A stretch of DNA of 64,000 bases from an uncultured Planctomycetia bacterium (GCA_964415355.1 CAYPYS010000002.1:74475-138474), one strand, 5' to 3'; counted from the first letter of the stretch, positions 18,177-27,840 are shown. A program made the numbers and translations. Notes: a model not told the origin generated them from the sequence alone.

Positions 18177-18921
18177 CGCTTTCGGCTTCGTCTTTTTTTA
18201 TCCGAGTTTCTATCGCAGAGATTGCTTCTTTGGCAGATGCTTGTTCAGCTGTCTTTTTATTCGACCCCGACCCTATACCGTACCTCTTGCCTAATATAAG
18301 CGCTTCTACTATAAAATGCTTCTTATGGTCAGGCCCTATTTCTGAGATTATCTTATAAGACGGCGTGGTCTTGAATTTCCTGAGCACAGTCTGCTGGAGG
18401 ATGGATTTATAATCTTTTGAACCCTTGCCTTGTTTTACGAGCTGTATCTGCGGCTCAAATATATTTTTTATAAACTTAAAAGCTGATTTTAAATTGCTGT
18501 CCAGATATATGGCCCCTATGACAGCTTCTAAGGCGCAAAGAAGGTTGGATTCATGTTTCTTTCCGCCTGACGCCTCTTCTCCTTTGCCCAGAAGTAAAAA
18601 ATCACCTATTTTAAGCTCTCGCGCAATTCGGCCAAGGGTAGCGCCGCTGACCAACTGAGATTTATATCTTGTTAAAACGCCTTCGTCTTGGTCAGGACAA
18701 TCATCGTACAGGATCCTGCTTATAACGATACCGAGCACGGAGTCCCCGAGGAATTCCAGTCTTTCATTGTCTCCGGATTTCGATTCATATTTCTCGTTCG
18801 CGTAAGATTTATGAGTCAAGGCCTGATTCAGCACCCATTTATTTCTAAATCTATAACCTATCGATTTTTCAAAATATTTAAGCTTTTTTAATCGCGATTT
18901 GTCTATTTTTTTAAGATTCAT
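18157..18921 (-). CDS. rnc: Ribonuclease III
   Basis: NERLEFLGD signature plus dsRBD. Confidence 0.95.
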   Translation of the reverse strand: MNLKKIDKSRLKKLKYFEKSIGYRFRNKWVLNQALTHKSYANEKYESKSGDNERLEFLGDSVLGIVISRILYDDCPDQDEGVLTRYKSQLVSGATLGRIARELKIGDFLLLGKGEEASGGKKHESNLLCALEAVIGAIYLDSNLKSAFKFIKNIFEPQIQLVKQGKGSKDYKSILQQTVLRKFKTTPSYKIISEIGPDHKKHFIVEALILGKRYGIGSGSNKKTAEQASAKEAISAIETRIKKDEAESATSAPE

Positions 18922-18938
18922 GGATTTTGCGATGCAGA

Positions 18939-20039
18939 TTAGTTGAATAGCGACGCGATGGATTTTTTTATCAATGCCTTAGGGATGTTTTCCTTGATGA
19001 TAACCTTCCCTATTTTTATCGGCAAAACAAACCTGTTTTTCCCGCGTATGAACTTTTTATCGTGTTCCTGGGCGGAAAATATATCTTTCGTGTCCAGCTT
19101 TTTGCCTTTGATGCTCGTAGGCAGGCCTATTTTTTTTATCAAGTCAGATATTTTCTTACAAAGGTTTTTATCGATCAGGTCTAGGTTTCGAGATATAAAT
19201 AAAGCAGCTATGATGCCGAGGCTAACTGCTTGCCCGTGATTGTACGCTTTTGCATAATGGGCCCCTGCTTCTATCGCATGGCCTATAGTATGCCCTAGAT
19301 TAAGCACGACGCGGATGTTTTTATTATCAAATTCATCCTTTTCAACTACCCTCGCCTTTATCGCGCTGCACGTATAGACGATATATTCAAGGGTTTTTTT
19401 ATCGTACCTCAGCACTTTGTCGTGATTTTTTATCAAAAAATCGAACAATCCAGGAGATTTTATAATACCGTATTTAATGACCTCTGCCATGCCCGATATA
19501 AGGTCTTTTTTTGGAAGAGTGCTTAACAAGGAAACATCGCTAAAGACAAGACGGGGCTGATAAAAAGCCCCTGCTAGATTTTTACCTACCTCCAGGTCGA
19601 TCGCTACCTTCCCGCCTATCGCCGAGTCGACCTGCGCCAGTAAAGTCGTTGGCACCTGGATATAAGGTATACCTCTTTTATATATGCTCGCTACAAATCC
19701 AGCGAGATCGCCTGTTACTCCGCCGCCCAGCGCAACGATGAATATCCTGCGGGACGTGCCGTCGATTTTAGATATGTTATTCAGGAGCCTGATGCAGCAC
19801 TTTTCTGATTTGGCCTTTTCAGAGTCAGGTATTGTCTGAAAATTTACGCTGAATCCAGCCGAGGTCAGGGATTTTCTGACTGGATCTCCGAGTATCTTCT
19901 TAACAGAATGGTTAGTTATTACTACGGCGTTTGTGCCGATATCGATCTTTTTAAGAATGGCCCCGAGTTTCGCAATGCCTTTGCTGCAGACCAGGATGTC
20001 ATAGCTTTTCCTGCCAAGATTTACCCGTATTTTTTTCAT
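18939..20039 (-). CDS. aroB: 3-dehydroquinate synthase
   Basis: GGGVTGDLAGF, PTTLLAQVDSAIGGK, LNLGHTIGHAIE. Confidence 0.95.
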   Translation of the reverse strand: MKKIRVNLGRKSYDILVCSKGIAKLGAILKKIDIGTNAVVITNHSVKKILGDPVRKSLTSAGFSVNFQTIPDSEKAKSEKCCIRLLNNISKIDGTSRRIFIVALGGGVTGDLAGFVASIYKRGIPYIQVPTTLLAQVDSAIGGKVAIDLEVGKNLAGAFYQPRLVFSDVSLLSTLPKKDLISGMAEVIKYGIIKSPGLFDFLIKNHDKVLRYDKKTLEYIVYTCSAIKARVVEKDEFDNKNIRVVLNLGHTIGHAIEAGAHYAKAYNHGQAVSLGIIAALFISRNLDLIDKNLCKKISDLIKKIGLPTSIKGKKLDTKDIFSAQEHDKKFIRGKNRFVLPIKIGKVIIKENIPKALIKKSIASLFN

Positions 20040-20650
20040 ATCGTTACACCTAAAAGCGTCGCGAAGTACATTACTAATGGCCAAATAACGCTCCCTATTA
20101 ACCCTATGTAAAGCAGGCCAAATATAATAATGAAACCATAAGGTTCTAATTTTGCGTATCGAATGCCAAGGTCTCTTGGCAGCATTCCCATAAGCACTCT
20201 GGACCCGTCCAAAGGCGGGATCGGCAATATGTTAAATATTGCCAGCACGAGATTTATTATTATAGCCGTGGTAAGGACCTCTGTTAAGAGGATATTTCCT
20301 CCGCTTAAAGTAATAAATTTCAATATAAAAGACAGCAGGATCGCGAAAAATATATTTGCCGTGGGGCCGGCCAGGCCGACCCATACCATATCTTTTTTTG
20401 GGTTTCCCAGGCTATTGAAATCTACAGGCACTGGTTTTGCCCAGCCGAATATAACCGGGGACCGCGTAGCTAGTAGTAAAAGAGGAAGGAATATAGTCCC
20501 TATCGGATCGATATGTGCCAGGGGGTTAAACGTGAGACGGCCCGCGTTTTTAGCTGTCCAGTCCCCTAGTTTCCACGCGGTCCAACCGTGCGCGTATTCA
20601 TGGATTATCACAGCAAAGAAAAAAACGGAAAGGATTAATATAAACTGCAT
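20036..20650 (-). CDS. Site-2 protease (M50) family protein
   Basis: HEYAH, NPLAHID, FNILPIPPLDG. Confidence 0.9.
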   Translation of the reverse strand: MQFILILSVFFFAVIIHEYAHGWTAWKLGDWTAKNAGRLTFNPLAHIDPIGTIFLPLLLLATRSPVIFGWAKPVPVDFNSLGNPKKDMVWVGLAGPTANIFFAILLSFILKFITLSGGNILLTEVLTTAIIINLVLAIFNILPIPPLDGSRVLMGMLPRDLGIRYAKLEPYGFIIIFGLLYIGLIGSVIWPLVMYFATLLGVTI

Positions 20651-21372
20651 TATTTATTTTTATCAGAAAATATAAGGTTGCCCGTGGAAAGAGCAGGCTT
20701 GGAGACCCTTTCTAATTTTATTCTTTCTGATCCTTTTCTTTTTATCTTGGGCGCAGTCTCTTTTTTTGACACTATCGCAAGGTCTTCTTTTTCTTTTACT
20801 TCCTCTATTGCCGCTGCCGCTATTTCTTCTTTTTTCTCGATTCTGTCGATTTGCACGGTTTTCTCGATCTCGTCTTTTTCAACAAAGCTAAGGGCTATCT
20901 GGCTGGAATGCACCCATCCGCTGGCTCCCTGAGGAGGTTCGATTTTATACCACCCTCCTTCTTCCTCGGATATCACGCGCAGCGACTCAGGCTTTGAGAC
21001 CTGCCCCAGTATGGAATGTTTTGTGCCTGGGCCTGCCCTGAGATTTACTCGTGTCGCGTTGACCTCACCTATCTTTCCTCCCTTTTCACGATCCAGGTCA
21101 ACGTAATCGTTTTTTATGTATACGTGCGCTTTTCTGGGCAGATCGATTTTATACCAGCTGTAACGCTTTCCTGTCAGTTTGACAGGATCGCCCTTTTTTA
21201 ATTTGCACAATACTTCATAATTGATATTATCCCCTGCCCGTACATTAGAGGTGCTATTTTTTATAAAGCCTATCTTGGACAGTTTTTCTTCCGTGTCTGT
21301 GCCTGCGTGGGATGCCCCGCAGAAGAAACAAGAAAGTAGCAATATTAGGACACCTGTCTTTACAAGTCTCAT
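20650..21372 (-). CDS. Exported tandem SH3b-domain protein
   Basis: Two NVRAG/NLRAGPG...WYKI SH3 units; start MRLVKTG after AGGAG (the track's MSFPRKRES extension is repeat-derived). Confidence 0.85.
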   Translation of the reverse strand: MRLVKTGVLILLLSCFFCGASHAGTDTEEKLSKIGFIKNSTSNVRAGDNINYEVLCKLKKGDPVKLTGKRYSWYKIDLPRKAHVYIKNDYVDLDREKGGKIGEVNATRVNLRAGPGTKHSILGQVSKPESLRVISEEEGGWYKIEPPQGASGWVHSSQIALSFVEKDEIEKTVQIDRIEKKEEIAAAAIEEVKEKEDLAIVSKKETAPKIKRKGSERIKLERVSKPALSTGNLIFSDKNK

Positions 21373-21387
21373 AGTTAACTCCTTCTT

Positions 21388-21413
21388 GGATTCCCGCTTT
21401 CGCGGGAATGACA
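21388..21413. repeat. REP-like family B copy
   Basis: GGATTCCCGCTTTCGCGGGAATGACA. Confidence 0.9.
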
Positions 21414-21417
21414 ATTT

Positions 21418-21490
21418 TGAAGTATATATTCCAACAACGTTAAAGCCTGCCCCGCGTGACTTAAGGAAGTAAAGCGGGGTGTAAAGTTAT
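21418..21490. repeat. Palindrome family A copy interrupted by a 34-bp hairpin insert (21446..21479); supplies stop of 21487..21768
   Basis: AAGTATATATTCCAACAACGTTAAAG[CCTGCCCCGCG...GCGGGG]TGTAAAGTTA. Confidence 0.85.
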
Positions 21491-21768
21491 TTTTTCTTTT
21501 CTTCTTTTTTGTCTGCCTTAGGAGCGGCTTCTTTCGGAGCAGTTGCCTGTGCTTCAGAGCCGGCTGCCTGAGCTTCTTCCGGTTTTTCTTCCGCTTTTTC
21601 CTTCTTGATCTTTGTCCTTACTATTTTCAGCTTTGGCATACCGAAGACGGAATCGTCCTCTTTCAATATGCCTTTTTCTTTTAAGGTAAAGAACTTTTCA
21701 AACCTTTTTAATACGCTCCTGTGTTTTTTTCCTGCCTTTGAAGTTTTCAAACTAGGATGCTGTGACAT
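21487..21768 (-). CDS. PVC-superphylum signature small basic protein (TIGR04137-like)
   Basis: MSQHPSLK...HRSVLKRFE...SVFGMPKLK. Confidence 0.85.
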   Translation of the reverse strand: MSQHPSLKTSKAGKKHRSVLKRFEKFFTLKEKGILKEDDSVFGMPKLKIVRTKIKKEKAEEKPEEAQAAGSEAQATAPKEAAPKADKKEEKKK

Positions 21769-21778
21769 TATTACCTCC

Positions 21779-22306
21779 TTATAATGTGCTTACGAAACAA
21801 TCGTCGTAGCGTTTTTTTAGTTTATCGCACAATTCCTGAGCGATTTTTTCGTTATCAAAAAAACCTATGTAGACCTGGTAGTAACTCCCTGACTTTTTCA
21901 TGCTAGCTTTATAGCCAAGCTTCTTTAGTGTCGCAATTTCCTGTTTTGCCGAGCTGCTCTTTTTAAAAGAAGCCAGGCGAAGAACGTATTTATCAGCCTG
22001 GGTTTTCTCTGCTTTGCTTGTTTCGATTTTTTTTATGCTTGTTATTTTTTCCTCGAGCGCAGTCTTTCGTTGCCTGTTTATCTTGACATCGACCTCTCTT
22101 CTCCCCTTTTCGACCCCGAGAGAGAATGCGGCGATGCAGGACATTATGAAAACTATCGAGATGATTACTATATTTTCAAAAGAATAAGTTGTTTTATTTT
22201 TTATGCGAGAAAGAAAAGGCGCTGTTTTTTTTCTTATTTTTTTATCAGCTGCCGGAGCTTGCTCAAAGAGATCTCTTTCTCCCGTATTTTGTGATCTTAA
22301 ATTCAT
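21779..22306 (-). CDS. SPOR-domain membrane protein
   Basis: TM + FSLGVEKG, YVLRLASF...YQVYIG...YDDCFV. Confidence 0.8.
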   Translation of the reverse strand: MNLRSQNTGERDLFEQAPAADKKIRKKTAPFLSRIKNKTTYSFENIVIISIVFIMSCIAAFSLGVEKGRREVDVKINRQRKTALEEKITSIKKIETSKAEKTQADKYVLRLASFKKSSSAKQEIATLKKLGYKASMKKSGSYYQVYIGFFDNEKIAQELCDKLKKRYDDCFVSTL

Positions 22307-22309
22307 GGC

Positions 22310-22573
22310 TTATTTTGTTTTTATGTATTTTTCGACGGCCTTTATTATGTCTTTTTGATTCGTATAAGAATATGCGTTAGTCGTGGTTGTCTTATGATTT
22401 ATCAGCGCCCCTTCTTTGACCAATTTGTTCAGGGATTTCTGCACGGATTCCAAGTCGCAGCCTATCCATACGGATATACCTTTGGCGGTATCGATAGAGT
22501 GAGGGTTTTCATTGAAGAATGTCAATATTTTTTTACTTATCTCGTTTTTGAAGAGACGTTTGATATTTTTCAT
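22310..22573 (-). CDS. Small winged-helix-like hypothetical protein
   Basis: FFNENPHSIDTAKGISVWIG...SLNKLVKEG. Confidence 0.65.
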   Translation of the reverse strand: MKNIKRLFKNEISKKILTFFNENPHSIDTAKGISVWIGCDLESVQKSLNKLVKEGALINHKTTTTNAYSYTNQKDIIKAVEKYIKTK

Positions 22574-22578
22574 TTTCC

Positions 22579-24048
22579 TCAGACTAAATTTTTAAGTCCC
22601 GGTTTCTTTATAATAGAAATAAAGGCATTTACTACATCGGGATCGAATTGCGCCCCTTTGTTTTTTTCTATTTCTTTCAAGGCCTGCGATATGGTTATAT
22701 TGCCATCTTTGTAAGGCCTGGAAGAGACCATTGCCTCAAAGGCATCGGCAACAGCCATTATCCTTGCGCCCAAGGGTATTTCCTCTCCTTTTAGGCCTTT
22801 TGGGTATCCTGAGCCATCGTATCTTTCATGATGATGCATTATTATCGGTAAGGAGGGCTTTAAGAATTCAAGGGGTTTTAATATCTTGATGCTTTCGAGA
22901 TGTTGTCGTTTTATGATTTTATATTCTTCTCGCGATAGACGGCCGCGTTTTTTTAATATTTCGTCGGGTATGCTGAATTTTCCAGTATCAGGCAGGAGCG
23001 CAGCGTATCGCAAGTTCCTGGTCTCTTCTCTTGGGAGTCTCATCTCCTCGGCTATAGCAAGGACTATTTTGACAAAAGCCTCAGAGTGAGTGTATGTATT
23101 TGGCGATTTTGCATCTAAAAGCGCCGCGAGCGATTTAATGCTGCCGTATGCCATCTTGTCCTGCTCCTCGTATAGCTGGGCATTCTTTATGGCTATCACT
23201 GCCTGTTCAGCAAGTGTCAGAAGGATTTCCATGTCAAATTTAGTAAAAGGCGTATTTTTTATCTTATTTTTAGCGCATATGATACCTACTACATCTTCCT
23301 CCACGAGGGGAACGCATACTGTATTCCGCGACATAAAGGTCTTCCCTGTCTTTGCCACCTTTCCTTCCATGCCAGTGCCTACTTTTATCTTTTTGAGCCT
23401 CGCATCTTTTTTGTTGGCGTGGTTTCTTAGATCAGTGGCTGCCCTTGTAACGAGGTTTTTCCCTGAATCATCGAGAAGCATTATGGAGCAGTACCTGGCC
23501 CGCATTACCTGAGAGGTCAATCGCGCGATCCTTTCTATTAATTCAGTCAAATCGAGAGTAGAGCTTATAAGCCTGTGTATGGTGTGGATCGTAGATAAGG
23601 CGATCGCTCTTGGTCTGATGGTATCGTATAATTTGACAAGCTCCTGTTCTTTTTGAAATTCTTTTAAAGCCACATCTATGATCGATTTAAACAGGATCAC
23701 GTCTTTTTTGTTTAAGTCAAAGTTCAAGTGCAGTATTGCCACGTATCCGTATAGATTTTCGCTTTGCATTATCGGCAGGAAGACGCAGGTCTTGCCGCAA
23801 GAGCATTGTAAGGGTCGCACCTTGTCCAGGCGTTGCGACTTAAGTTTTTTTAGAGACCTTGTGATCCCCGCGCAGCCCTTTTTATTTTTACCGATAGGCT
23901 TAAGGTTTGAATCAAAGAACAGGCACCGCACGCGCTTTTTTATGATTTCTGAAATAGCGCCTTTAAGCAATAAAATGGAGGCTGATCTACTGAACTCCAG
24001 CAAGAATCGGTGTTTTTCGTTGTTGTTAGACTTTTTCATAGGGGTCAA
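22579..24048 (-). CDS. GAF + HD-GYP domain protein (HD dyad replaced by PD)
   Basis: GAF (FTKFDMEILLTLAEQAVIAIKNA), HHERYDGSGYP, ARIMAVADAFEAM. Confidence 0.85.
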   Translation of the reverse strand: MTPMKKSNNNEKHRFLLEFSRSASILLLKGAISEIIKKRVRCLFFDSNLKPIGKNKKGCAGITRSLKKLKSQRLDKVRPLQCSCGKTCVFLPIMQSENLYGYVAILHLNFDLNKKDVILFKSIIDVALKEFQKEQELVKLYDTIRPRAIALSTIHTIHRLISSTLDLTELIERIARLTSQVMRARYCSIMLLDDSGKNLVTRAATDLRNHANKKDARLKKIKVGTGMEGKVAKTGKTFMSRNTVCVPLVEEDVVGIICAKNKIKNTPFTKFDMEILLTLAEQAVIAIKNAQLYEEQDKMAYGSIKSLAALLDAKSPNTYTHSEAFVKIVLAIAEEMRLPREETRNLRYAALLPDTGKFSIPDEILKKRGRLSREEYKIIKRQHLESIKILKPLEFLKPSLPIIMHHHERYDGSGYPKGLKGEEIPLGARIMAVADAFEAMVSSRPYKDGNITISQALKEIEKNKGAQFDPDVVNAFISIIKKPGLKNLV

Positions 24049-25180
24049 ATAATTTTTTATATTCGTCTAGGGCATATCTATCTGTCATGCCCGCTATGTA
24101 GTCGCATATCGCTCTATGAGAGCCGTATTTTTCAATATTTTTCTGATCAGAAGGCGGAAGCTGCTCAGGTTTTTCAAGGTAGACATTAAAAAGATCTATT
24201 ATGAACCTTCTGGCCTTGTCAGACATGCGGCTAACCCTGAAATTTTTATATAGATTTTCCATTAGGAACCGACGCAGCTGCATTCTTTTTTCTTGCATGC
24301 CGCTGGAAAAGACGATCAATCTATCCTGATCCTTTCTTACGTCTTTCACGTTCTTTATGCGAGACGCTTTTATCTTTTTTTCAGATGTCTCGACCAGGTC
24401 CTTTATCTGCCTGTCTATCAATATCCTTATTATCTGGTACTTTCGTATCTTGCCGTCCAGGTTACTACGCCGTTTTTTTACGCTGGAAACCGCCATTTTC
24501 CAAAGATCTAGTTTTGATAACTCTTTTTCGTCTATAAGTCCCGATGTCAATCCGTCGTCGATATCATGATTATCGTATGCTATTTCGTCAGAGATGTCAA
24601 CCACCTGCGTCTCCAGGGTGGGTGATGTTTCCGGTTCGAGCTCTATAAATCTTTCTGACTTGTCAAACATAGTGGTGTGCTTGTTTACCCCTTCCCTTAC
24701 TTCCCAGGTCAGGTTTAAGCCTGGAAAATCAGGGTATCTTCGCTCTAATTCGTCTATGACCCTCAGGCCTTGCAGATTATGGTCAAAACCTCCCCTGTCT
24801 TTCATCAGCGCCCCTAGGGCATCTTCACCAGCGTGGCCGAATGGCGGGTGGCCGATATCGTGAGAGAGGGCAATGGCTTCGACAAGATCCTCGTTTAGCA
24901 TCAGTTCCCTGGCGATTGATTTTGCCAGCTGACTGACCTCCAATGTGTGAGTAAGCCTTGTTCTGTAATAGTCTCCTTCATGATTTACGAAGACCTGCGT
25001 TTTGTATTCTAGCTTTCTAAAGGCCGTACAGTGTATGATCCTGTCCCTGTCTCTTTGATAGTGAGACCTATGCCTTGGTTCTTTTTCAGGGTATTTTCTT
25101 CCCCTCGTATCCATGCTTAACATCGCATAAGGGGCCAGAAATTTTTTTTCCCTGTTTTCTATATCTTTTCGTGTAAGCAT
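24026..25180 (-). CDS. dgt: Deoxyguanosinetriphosphate triphosphohydrolase
   Basis: QRDRDRI, KTQVF, RTRLTHTLEV, HDIGHPPFGHAGE. Confidence 0.9.
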   Translation of the reverse strand: MLTRKDIENREKKFLAPYAMLSMDTRGRKYPEKEPRHRSHYQRDRDRIIHCTAFRKLEYKTQVFVNHEGDYYRTRLTHTLEVSQLAKSIARELMLNEDLVEAIALSHDIGHPPFGHAGEDALGALMKDRGGFDHNLQGLRVIDELERRYPDFPGLNLTWEVREGVNKHTTMFDKSERFIELEPETSPTLETQVVDISDEIAYDNHDIDDGLTSGLIDEKELSKLDLWKMAVSSVKKRRSNLDGKIRKYQIIRILIDRQIKDLVETSEKKIKASRIKNVKDVRKDQDRLIVFSSGMQEKRMQLRRFLMENLYKNFRVSRMSDKARRFIIDLFNVYLEKPEQLPPSDQKNIEKYGSHRAICDYIAGMTDRYALDEYKKLFDPYEKV

Positions 25181-25189
25181 CGGAAATCT

Positions 25190-25215
25190 GGATTCCCGCT
25201 TTCGCGGGAATGACA
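25190..25215. repeat. REP-like family B copy
   Basis: GGATTCCCGCTTTCGCGGGAATGACA. Confidence 0.9.
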
Positions 25216-25219
25216 CATG

Positions 25220-25258
25220 TTAACTTTACACTTTAACGTTGTTGAAGTGTAAAGTTAG
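25220..25258. repeat. Palindrome family A copy; supplies stop of the HIT gene
   Basis: TTAACTTTACACTTTAACGTTGTTGAAGTGTAAAGTTAG. Confidence 0.95.
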
Positions 25259-25716
25259 GTAAGCAGTTTGCGTAATTCTTTTAGCGATTGCGGCACGACT
25301 TTCGTCTGTCCTATGACAGGCATAAAGTTCGTGTCGCCAGACCACCTGGGAACGATATGTATATGGACATGCCCTCTGTAGCCGGCTCCGCCTACCTTAC
25401 CCGTGTTTATACCTATGTTAAAGCCATGTGGTTTTAATTTTTTTTCAAGCAGGCGCTGCATTTCTTTTACCAAAACCATCATATCCAGAAGCTCGTTGTC
25501 TCTCAATCCTGTCAGGTCTTTTATGTGCCTGTAGGGCGAGACCATCACATGACCATTATTATATGGGTATATGTTCAATATGGCAAACGAGAATTTAGAT
25601 TTTTTGATGATATATCCATGGCTGTCTCTCTTATTTTTCTTGATACAGAATATGCAGCCTTTGTTTTTCTTTTTCTTTACAAATTTACTTCTCCATGGTG
25701 CCCACAATCTGTCCAT
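25255..25716 (-). CDS. HIT-family hydrolase
   Basis: LWAPWR, NIYPYNNGH, HVHIHIVPRW.GD.NF. Confidence 0.9.
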   Translation of the reverse strand: MDRLWAPWRSKFVKKKKNKGCIFCIKKNKRDSHGYIIKKSKFSFAILNIYPYNNGHVMVSPYRHIKDLTGLRDNELLDMMVLVKEMQRLLEKKLKPHGFNIGINTGKVGGAGYRGHVHIHIVPRWSGDTNFMPVIGQTKVVPQSLKELRKLLT

Positions 25717-25725
25717 ACTCTCTCC

Positions 25726-26214
25726 TCAAAGCCTGTGTATGACCGCTTTTATCTTTCCTTTGGTAATCTCTATGATGCCATATGATTTATATGGCGAAAA
25801 TATACTATCTGTGGCGCTTCCCGGATTGAAGAATAAAATGCTGCCCACGTATTCATTCATAGGCATATGGGAATGCCCGAACACAATGACATCCGGTTTA
25901 TACTTAGAAAGACCTTCTTTTAGGACGTCTATTAGATTTTTAGGATTGCCGTAGCCATGCATAAGACAGATCTTTTTGCCGCATAGATCCAGTATTTTTT
26001 TATCCTGCAGCGCGGCTTGCGTTTTTGGCAGGTCCATGTTCCCGCGAACCGCTTCTACCTTTGCTATTTTTTTTAGCTGTTCGATCACACTTAGGTCTAC
26101 AAGGTCACCCGCGTGCAATATTAATTCACAATCTTTAAAGGCCTCCAAGAGCCTGGCCGGCAATTTATGCTCGCTGTCTCTTATATGAGTGTCAGAAATT
26201 ACACCTATTTTCAT
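25726..26214 (-). CDS. YfcE-family metallophosphoesterase
   Basis: SDTH, HAGD, GNMD, FGHSH, NPGS. Confidence 0.9.
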   Translation of the reverse strand: MKIGVISDTHIRDSEHKLPARLLEAFKDCELILHAGDLVDLSVIEQLKKIAKVEAVRGNMDLPKTQAALQDKKILDLCGKKICLMHGYGNPKNLIDVLKEGLSKYKPDVIVFGHSHMPMNEYVGSILFFNPGSATDSIFSPYKSYGIIEITKGKIKAVIHRL

Positions 26215-26217
26215 AAG

Positions 26218-27834
26218 TTATCCTATATGTGGTTTTCCGTATAACTCCATTAAGACATTAAGGCTTTCCATGTCCCAGACCCAGAACTTAGCTTCTTTTG
26301 CCAATAGATACGCATTTTCATTTATGCCGCCAAGAGAAATCAATATATTTCTGTTTGTTCTATCTTTGGGTTTTTTCTTTCTTATTTTTTTTACCATTTC
26401 TCTGACGTCATTTTCGCTCACGCATTCTTTTTTAATCGTGCAAAGCCATTTTAGCCTGTTGTTAGCGGCCAGGATATCGGTCGCGTCACAAAAATCACTC
26501 TCTATTTTTTCTACGTTATCAAAAGAAGAAAATTTATGTCTTTTCCCGTTTAATTGTATTACGTCGTTTCTGAACAGCCTGAAGAGCTCCACGATCCTGG
26601 AAGATAGTTCTTTTTCGAATTCCTGCATGAATACATCGAGCTGATTTCTTACTTCTTTTCTAAAAGACTTTTTTTCTAAATCCTCATCTATGCTAAAAGA
26701 CATGATTCTTTTTAGGTATACAGACTTAAGCCAGAAACAAAAGAGTTTGTCCTTAAATCTGTAAAGTGAGCCATTGCGCGCGATTATATCCGTCTCTATC
26801 AGTTTATTCAGCAATCTGGATACGTGGCGGGCCTGCATCTTGACCGCCTTGACCATGTCCTGCTGCTTTTTATTTTCTGAGGAAAGGGCTATCAGCACCG
26901 CCGCCGTCTTCGATAATAACTTGCCGTCGGAGATCCTGAACAGGAAGTTCGAGAAATATTGATTTATGATCCCGGTTTTTTTAAACAGTGCCTCCGTAAA
27001 AGCGTTTTCTATCAAATTGGCGTATTCGTCAGGCGGGATCTTTTTTGAGAAGATAGATTTATCTATCTCTTCCGCTATTACCTGCATATAAAAAGGTTTA
27101 TTGCCGGAAAAAGATCCTGCGAAATCAAGATATGCCGCCGGAAAAGCCGTTGCCTTTATGTTGTCCTGAATAAATAACCTGCTTGAGTTGATATCAAGGT
27201 TTGGCACGAATATTTTTTCAAAATTCCCGAATAATAAGGATAGCTGTTCATTTATAATGCGCTGCGATATCGTGCTTCTGGAGCTAAGAAGGATGTACAT
27301 CGTGTCTTTTTGTATCATGATCTTTTTGGCAAGCGTGCTGAAGATGTGTTTTAATGTGAAATTATCCAGATTCTGGAATTCATCCAGGATGAACACGCAG
27401 CGTCTTTTTGTTTCCTCATATATAGCGGCCGGGATGTCCAGCATAAAAGAATAGGCCTCGTCGAATCTGCCTTTTTCGATATCACGTAATACCCTTTCGC
27501 AGGTTTGTGCTGTTTTGGGGTAGACCCTCTTGACGTCTTCGATCAGGAGCACGGTGTCCACGGTTGACAGAAAAGGGTATGTGCTTATGAGTTGAAAAAG
27601 AGCGGATTTTATAAACCTCTTTGCACAGAACTCAAACGGCTCTATCTTAACCTCGAGATATATCGGTATGATGTGTTCCTTTTTTATCTCGTTCGAAGAT
27701 AATAAATCTTTTATAAGAGAAGTCTTTCCGATCCATTGTTCTCCGATAATGGCTATGTTTTGCCTGTATCCTTCCGTGAAAGAATTAACCCGGCGAACCA
27801 GGGTATTTACTATGTCTGATCTTAGATGAGTCAT
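26218..27834 (-). CDS. Archaeal-ATPase-like P-loop protein with wHTH and a nuclease-like C-terminal region
   Basis: GEQWIGKTS (Walker A), ILDEFQN (Walker B), Y.F.D.LF.FW motif. Confidence 0.7.
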   Translation of the reverse strand: MTHLRSDIVNTLVRRVNSFTEGYRQNIAIIGEQWIGKTSLIKDLLSSNEIKKEHIIPIYLEVKIEPFEFCAKRFIKSALFQLISTYPFLSTVDTVLLIEDVKRVYPKTAQTCERVLRDIEKGRFDEAYSFMLDIPAAIYEETKRRCVFILDEFQNLDNFTLKHIFSTLAKKIMIQKDTMYILLSSRSTISQRIINEQLSLLFGNFEKIFVPNLDINSSRLFIQDNIKATAFPAAYLDFAGSFSGNKPFYMQVIAEEIDKSIFSKKIPPDEYANLIENAFTEALFKKTGIINQYFSNFLFRISDGKLLSKTAAVLIALSSENKKQQDMVKAVKMQARHVSRLLNKLIETDIIARNGSLYRFKDKLFCFWLKSVYLKRIMSFSIDEDLEKKSFRKEVRNQLDVFMQEFEKELSSRIVELFRLFRNDVIQLNGKRHKFSSFDNVEKIESDFCDATDILAANNRLKWLCTIKKECVSENDVREMVKKIRKKKPKDRTNRNILISLGGINENAYLLAKEAKFWVWDMESLNVLMELYGKPHIG

Positions 27835-27840
27835 AATGTG

